Assembly (NCBI GenBank): GCA_034659035.1
Contig: JAYEGI010000114.1
Span: 1-40,940 of the forward strand
Direction of reading: 5' to 3'
Length of the DNA stretch: 40,940 nucleotides
DNA from: Methanobacteriota archaeon
GTDB taxonomy: Archaea; Halobacteriota; Methanosarcinia; Methanosarcinales; Methanogasteraceae
Under the pieces are notes generated by a model. The model worked only from the letters and a program-made list of their open reading frames with translations. It did not search any database and had not been told where the DNA came from. Below, in pieces: positions 36,692-40,940 of this stretch. Made by a program: the position numbers and the translations under genes. Numbering within the stretch: the stretch's first letter is position 1; every line of letters starts with the position of its first letter.

Positions 36692-37216
36692 ATGGATGGC
36701 AATGGAGATATTGTTAGGCAGAGATACAAAGAATTTAAAGAGATGATAGATTATCTCGAGACCAACAAAGAGATCTCCTTGAAAATCGTTGCGGATGACA
36801 ATCTTAAAAAGGTTCTTCTGCTTTCGGCTGCAAGTTATTTTGAAGATGAGATCAAAGATATAATATTAAGTTTTGTGGAGAAAAATTCCGATAATAATCC
36901 AATGATTACATCTTTTGTGAAAAATAAAGCAGTGGAGCGGAAATATCATACTTATTTTGATTGGAGCGCCAGGAACGCTAATAGATTTTTTTCGTTATTC
37001 GGTGACGGATTTAAGGACCAAGCCAGTGAGGATGTTAAAGACAATTCAGAATTGGAAATATCTATCCGGGCTTTTTTAGAGATAGGAAACTTGCGCAATG
37101 AACTGGTACACGGCAATTTTGCTGTGTTCCCAATCGAAAAGACTGTCGAAGAGATTTATGATCTTTATCGTTTGGCTCATCAATTTATCAATTACCTGTC
37201 TTCAAAATTAACATAA
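36692..37216 (+). CDS. Small HEPN-like protein (Rx4H motif)
   Basis: The track ORF starts at TTG 36683, with ATG at 36692. All-helical sequence carrying EIGNLRNELVHGNF (R-x4-H HEPN RNase signature) near the C-terminus. Starts 10 nt after the DUF262 stop. Confidence 0.65.
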   Translation: MDGNGDIVRQRYKEFKEMIDYLETNKEISLKIVADDNLKKVLLLSAASYFEDEIKDIILSFVEKNSDNNPMITSFVKNKAVERKYHTYFDWSARNANRFFSLFGDGFKDQASEDVKDNSELEISIRAFLEIGNLRNELVHGNFAVFPIEKTVEEIYDLYRLAHQFINYLSSKLT

Positions 37217-37230
37217 CTAAAAAATTATAG

Positions 37231-37262
37231 AACCACGAGATTTATATAGAAATCCCGTGGTT
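37231..37262. terminator. 13-bp-stem hairpin between the convergent HEPN gene and rnfB
   Basis: The arms are aaccacgagattt and aaatcccgtggtt, separated by the loop atatag (12 of 13 complementary). It lies 15 nt after the HEPN stop and 15 nt before the rnfB stop. Confidence 0.45.
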
Positions 37263-37276
37263 GTACTGATAAAAGA

Positions 37277-38080
37277 TCACAGCTTCACAATCGCGTTTCT
37301 CGGGCACACATCGACACACGTCCCACACTGGGTGCACTTCTCCTGATCGATCACGGCAACAGCCTTCACCAGTTTGATTGCGCCCTCGGGGCAGTTCTTC
37401 TTGCATATCCCGCATCCGATGCATCCGAACTCGCATATCTCTTTGACATACTTGCCCTTGTCATGCGATGCGCAGACCACATACACTGGTCCATGCTCCT
37501 TTGCAATCGTTAGTACCTGTTGTGGGCAGGATTGCACGCAGCATCCGCAGCCCTTGCAATTATACTTCTTGATCTTTGGAAGCCCGTTATCTGCGATCTC
37601 GATTGCATCAAACATGCATGCACGCACGCAGTCACCAAGACCGATGCATCCATACGAGCAGGCTTTCTTCGTTCCCGAAAGAAGGATTGCGGCTCTGCAG
37701 GTGTCCGCGCCGATGTAATCGTATCTGTCCTTGCAGTTTGTGCCGCCCTGACAGAGGATAACCGGATACATGGGCTCTGCTGCGCTGATATCCATTCCGA
37801 GCAGTTCTCCGATGAGTTCGAACGTCTCTGTGTCGCACGAAGTACACACCTCAGGTGAGACATCCCCTGCCACGATATGTTCTGCACAATCAGCGCATCC
37901 CGGGTATCCGCACGCTCCGCAGTTTGCTCCGGGCATCAGTTCGATCAGTGCATCGACAAGTGGATCAGTCGGGACATAAAACGCCTTTGACGCCCAGACG
38001 AGCATTCCTGCCATCGCAAGTCCGAGTGCACCAAGCACAGCGATTGCAGGCGGCATCAAACTCATAAGATCGACGGTCAT
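37277..38080 (-). CDS. rnfB: Rnf complex subunit B (polyferredoxin)
   Basis: 267-aa ORF. N-terminal TM helix, a CGACGYPGC cluster motif and several CxxCxxCxxxCP ferredoxin motifs. Last gene of the rnfCDGEAB order. Confidence 0.9.
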   Translation of the reverse strand: MTVDLMSLMPPAIAVLGALGLAMAGMLVWASKAFYVPTDPLVDALIELMPGANCGACGYPGCADCAEHIVAGDVSPEVCTSCDTETFELIGELLGMDISAAEPMYPVILCQGGTNCKDRYDYIGADTCRAAILLSGTKKACSYGCIGLGDCVRACMFDAIEIADNGLPKIKKYNCKGCGCCVQSCPQQVLTIAKEHGPVYVVCASHDKGKYVKEICEFGCIGCGICKKNCPEGAIKLVKAVAVIDQEKCTQCGTCVDVCPRNAIVKL

Positions 38081-38703
38081 AGTTTCACCACCGAAAAGTA
38101 GCTGACAACTATCAGTGCGACCATCGTCGCTGCGAAGAATGCGCCGATGAAGCCGCTGAAGAGGTCAACATTACGCATGATCAGCTTCTCTCGCACAGCC
38201 GCTGTCGCAAGCATCACCCATGAGTAGCCAAGACCTGCCGCGAACGCGTATACGATGCTTGCGCCATACGTGTAGCCATTCTGTATATTCATCAGCACCA
38301 CACCAAGAACAGCGCAGTTCGTTGCGATCAGCGGAAGATATATCCCGAGCGACTTGTAGAGCGGTGGGCTGAACTTGCGTATGATGAACTCGACAAGCTG
38401 TACAAACGAAGCGATGATGAGGATGAAACAGATCGTCTTCAGGAATGTCAGGTCACTCCCCAAAAAACTTGCATCGCTCAGGAGATAATAGTAGATGGGC
38501 CACGTAAGGATCGCCGACATCGTCATAACGAAGGTGACCGCCATCGACATGCCCGTTGAGGTCTCTGAGTTGGTGGTCAGACCAACATACGAACAGAGTC
38601 CGAGAAACATGATCAAGAGGAAGTTCTTTGTGAACATCGCCTCCACAAAGAGCGGGAAGATATTCTCTGTCGGCATCAGTGCCGGTATTAATACTTCGCT
38701 CAT
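38077..38703 (-). CDS. rnfA: Rnf complex subunit A
   Basis: 208-aa polytopic membrane protein (..KNFLLIMFLGLCSYVG.., ..LPLIATNCAVLGV..). ATGA overlaps with its neighbours. Confidence 0.85.
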   Translation of the reverse strand: MSEVLIPALMPTENIFPLFVEAMFTKNFLLIMFLGLCSYVGLTTNSETSTGMSMAVTFVMTMSAILTWPIYYYLLSDASFLGSDLTFLKTICFILIIASFVQLVEFIIRKFSPPLYKSLGIYLPLIATNCAVLGVVLMNIQNGYTYGASIVYAFAAGLGYSWVMLATAAVREKLIMRNVDLFSGFIGAFFAATMVALIVVSYFSVVKL

Positions 38704-39404
38704 ATCTCATAACCCTCCTTTCTGAGTTGTTTCATCCGTTTGCGATCACTCATGATCTTGAAGAGAAGCATCAGTGCAGCAATCGTTAAGAACGCGCCTG
38801 GCGGTGTTACCATTACGGTTGCCGGCGGTGGAAGGTATGAAATAAGCCCACCAATCACGGGTAAAGGCATAATCATGTCGATCCCAGTCGATAATTTTCC
38901 AGCATCATAGCCGAGCAGATCGAACACTATATTCCCGGTCCCAAGAAATTCCCTGATGCTACCTAACAATACCAGTGCGATTATAAAACCAATCGATATG
39001 CCAATCCCATCTGCTATCGAGGGAAGTACTGGATTTCGATTTGCATACGCCTCTGCTCTCCCGATGACTATGCAGTTTACAACGATCAATGGTACAAAGA
39101 TGCCGAGCCGCTCGTACATATCTGGCTGATACGCCTCAAGCAGCATATCGACCATCGTAACGAAGGTACAAATGATAAGAATGAATATCGGGATTCTGAC
39201 ATCTGGTGGGATCTGCTTTCGCAGGAGAGAGACCATGATGTTTGAGCCGAGCATCACAAAAGTAAATGCCAGTCCCATACCAAAACCATTTGCAAACGAG
39301 GTGGTTACAGCAAGTACCGGACAGAGACCGAGCACAAGCACGAATACAGGGTTATCCTTGATGATACCTCTGATTATCTCTCCTATAAAGGATTTCTTTG
39401 CCAT
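38700..39404 (-). CDS. rnfE: Rnf complex subunit E
   Basis: 234-aa membrane protein. KDNPVFVLVLGLCPVLAVTTS and VPLIVVNCIVIGRAEAYA are typical of RnfE/NqrD. Confidence 0.85.
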   Translation of the reverse strand: MAKKSFIGEIIRGIIKDNPVFVLVLGLCPVLAVTTSFANGFGMGLAFTFVMLGSNIMVSLLRKQIPPDVRIPIFILIICTFVTMVDMLLEAYQPDMYERLGIFVPLIVVNCIVIGRAEAYANRNPVLPSIADGIGISIGFIIALVLLGSIREFLGTGNIVFDLLGYDAGKLSTGIDMIMPLPVIGGLISYLPPPATVMVTPPGAFLTIAALMLLFKIMSDRKRMKQLRKEGYEI

Positions 39405-39962
39405 TTATGAAACCTCCTGTTGTATCTGTTCAACCAGCTCCCGGACTCCCACCGTAATCGCTGTTGATGATAAGGTTGCGCCGGAGATGCCATCGATCTG
39501 ACCGCCTTTCGAGCTCAGTGCCAGTCCTTCCGGACCGACCCCAATAAACGACTCATTGAACTCGGGTACTTCAATCTTCTCACCATACCCTGGAGTGTCT
39601 TTCTGTTTTATAATAGTAAATCCGGTCATCTTGAAATCAGGGTCCATCCCACCTGCAATCTCCATCACATCCTGCGCCCCCATTATCTCGGCGATGAATC
39701 CATAGCCGATATGGCTGCCACTGCTGTCGTAAGCCTCGTAATATAACACCTCGTCATCGACTGTGACTGCCTTGAACTTGGTAGCATCAGGAACAACACC
39801 CATCTCGAGCAGTTGCTTGTCAGGACCGCCCATGAGCGCTGCTCGTCTATCGAGTTCGTCCTGTGTGGCTCCGTACGTCGCTGTCAGGACTATCGCCGCC
39901 ACCGCAGCAATGAGTGTTAGCTTGACAAGTATCATTATAGTGGAATCTTTTGTTTCTGCCAT
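39405..39962 (-). CDS. rnfG: Rnf complex subunit G (FMN-binding)
   Basis: 185-aa ORF with an N-terminal TM helix and the covalent-FMN site context DGISGATLSSTAI. Confidence 0.85.
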   Translation of the reverse strand: MAETKDSTIMILVKLTLIAAVAAIVLTATYGATQDELDRRAALMGGPDKQLLEMGVVPDATKFKAVTVDDEVLYYEAYDSSGSHIGYGFIAEIMGAQDVMEIAGGMDPDFKMTGFTIIKQKDTPGYGEKIEVPEFNESFIGVGPEGLALSSKGGQIDGISGATLSSTAITVGVRELVEQIQQEVS

Positions 39963-39963
39963 T

Positions 39964-40854
39964 TTATTTCCCTCCGATCGGCTTTGGTATGGTGCTTCTG
40001 TCGATGAGCGGACTGAAGACGTTCATCATGAGCACTGCGAAGCACATCCCTGCGAAATAGGTATTGAAATGGAGCTGGATCAGTATCAGCCCGGCAAGCA
40101 TAATCCCATAGACCAGTCTGCCCCTCTTTGTCATCGGTGATGTGATCGGGTCTGCTGCAAGGAATATCAGTCCGAGGAAGTAGCCGCCGGTTAACACATA
40201 AGGAAGTTGTGAACCCATCCCGACGATCGGCATCAGGAGTAAAAGCAGTATAGTGGCACTGAGCGCCACCCGCCGGTCCACATATTTCTTGTACAGGACG
40301 AATGCACCGCCAAGTAACACAGCTGCCGGTGAGAATTCGATAAGTCTGCCAGCACCAGTCTCAAGGAATAGGTCAGAAAAACTGCCGAGATTCGGTGTCG
40401 ATTCCACACTCATCAGCGTGGGCCACGCAGCAAGCAGGAATGCAAACCCAACCAGTGCCGGATGAAATACCAGCGTCCCTGTACCGCCGAAGATGTACTT
40501 CGGCACTGCAATCGCAAATGCAGCCCCTATGATTGGAATCCAGATCGGGACGTTAAGCGGTAGAATTAGCGCAAGCAACAGACCAATCAACACGGCATTC
40601 CCGTCATTTATGGTGATCGGCTGGGATGCCGCCTTGTAGATGATAATTTCGGTAACCACTGCTGCAATCACGCTTACGAAGAGGATCTTTATGCCGGGGA
40701 AAATGAGTTCTAGTCCGGGCAGTCCAAAGCGGTAGACCAACGCAATGCACATAATACCCACAGATACCATCAGTGCAGCGACTGTCCCCCACATCACACT
40801 CTTCACACTCTCTTTGCTCTTCACATGAGGTAATGGTGATATTGTATATGTCAT
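39964..40854 (-). CDS. rnfD: Rnf complex subunit D
   Basis: 296-aa polytopic membrane protein of the RnfD/NqrB pattern (..ADPITSPMT..). The start overlaps the rnfC stop (ATGA). Confidence 0.85.
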   Translation of the reverse strand: MTYTISPLPHVKSKESVKSVMWGTVAALMVSVGIMCIALVYRFGLPGLELIFPGIKILFVSVIAAVVTEIIIYKAASQPITINDGNAVLIGLLLALILPLNVPIWIPIIGAAFAIAVPKYIFGGTGTLVFHPALVGFAFLLAAWPTLMSVESTPNLGSFSDLFLETGAGRLIEFSPAAVLLGGAFVLYKKYVDRRVALSATILLLLLMPIVGMGSQLPYVLTGGYFLGLIFLAADPITSPMTKRGRLVYGIMLAGLILIQLHFNTYFAGMCFAVLMMNVFSPLIDRSTIPKPIGGK

Positions 40855-40940
40855 TCGGATGCCTCCATCTCGGCAGCGCCATGTTTGCCATACCTGATTA
40901 TCTGCACGATCGGGAGCTTGGACGGGCAGACGTACGCACA
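40851..40940 (-). CDS. rnfC: Rnf complex subunit C, C-terminal end only (runs off the window)
   Basis: The minus strand reads CAYVCPSKLPIVQIIRYGKHGAAEMEASE*. CxYVCPS is the second ferredoxin-cluster motif at the RnfC C-terminus. Confidence 0.7.
   Translation of the reverse strand, partial: CAYVCPSKLPIVQIIRYGKHGAAEMEASE

Noticed and set aside
37242-38067. Multiple 60-125-aa ORFs on both strands within rnfB
   Set aside because: These are off-frame or antisense products of a Cys-codon-rich ferredoxin gene. The RnfB frame is the only one with coherent motifs.

Overview
Archaeal chromosomal window with the gene content of a Methanosarcinales-type methanogen or methanotroph. Core genes: rnfC(partial)-D-G-E-A-B, fpoF-mer, cdhA-cdhB, glnA, TBP, an RFC small-subunit paralogue, a RIO2 kinase, a PAC2-type proteasome chaperone, cobA, archaeal NMN adenylyltransferase, a PGF-CTERM surface glycoprotein, and three tRNAs (Cys, Asp, and an intron-containing CAU tRNA). 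No rRNA genes or CRISPR arrays were seen. About 40% of the window looks accessory.

(1) The left edge holds a visibly AT-rich restriction island: an MNT-type nucleotidyltransferase, a damaged type I hsdR and a decayed tyrosine recombinase.

(2) Positions 17.4-20.7 kb are a decay zone with a nucleotidyltransferase relic, an aldehyde:ferredoxin oxidoreductase relic and many hairpin repeats.

(3) Most notably, the 12.5 kb between a tatD-like gene and rnfB consists of three stacked cargo blocks. Each junction is marked by a degenerate copy of the tatD and/or rnfB 3' ends, which looks like an integration hotspot with tandem accretion. The blocks are:
(a) A translationally coupled three-gene operon. 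It encodes a long-form XPB/Ssl2-like helicase plus two large uncharacterised proteins, and each of those also carries an XPB N-terminal-like module.
(b) A DUF4258/YgiT-zinc-finger toxin-antitoxin pair plus a 1182-aa secreted mosaic protein (C39-like and M23 peptidases, FG-GAP-type repeats, LamG, DUF2341, dockerin).
(c) A very AT-rich DUF262 + HEPN gene pair.

The XPB operon and the DUF262-HEPN pair are the best candidates for an undescribed, possibly defence- or conflict-related system. All functional calls rest on motif recognition by eye; no database search was possible.
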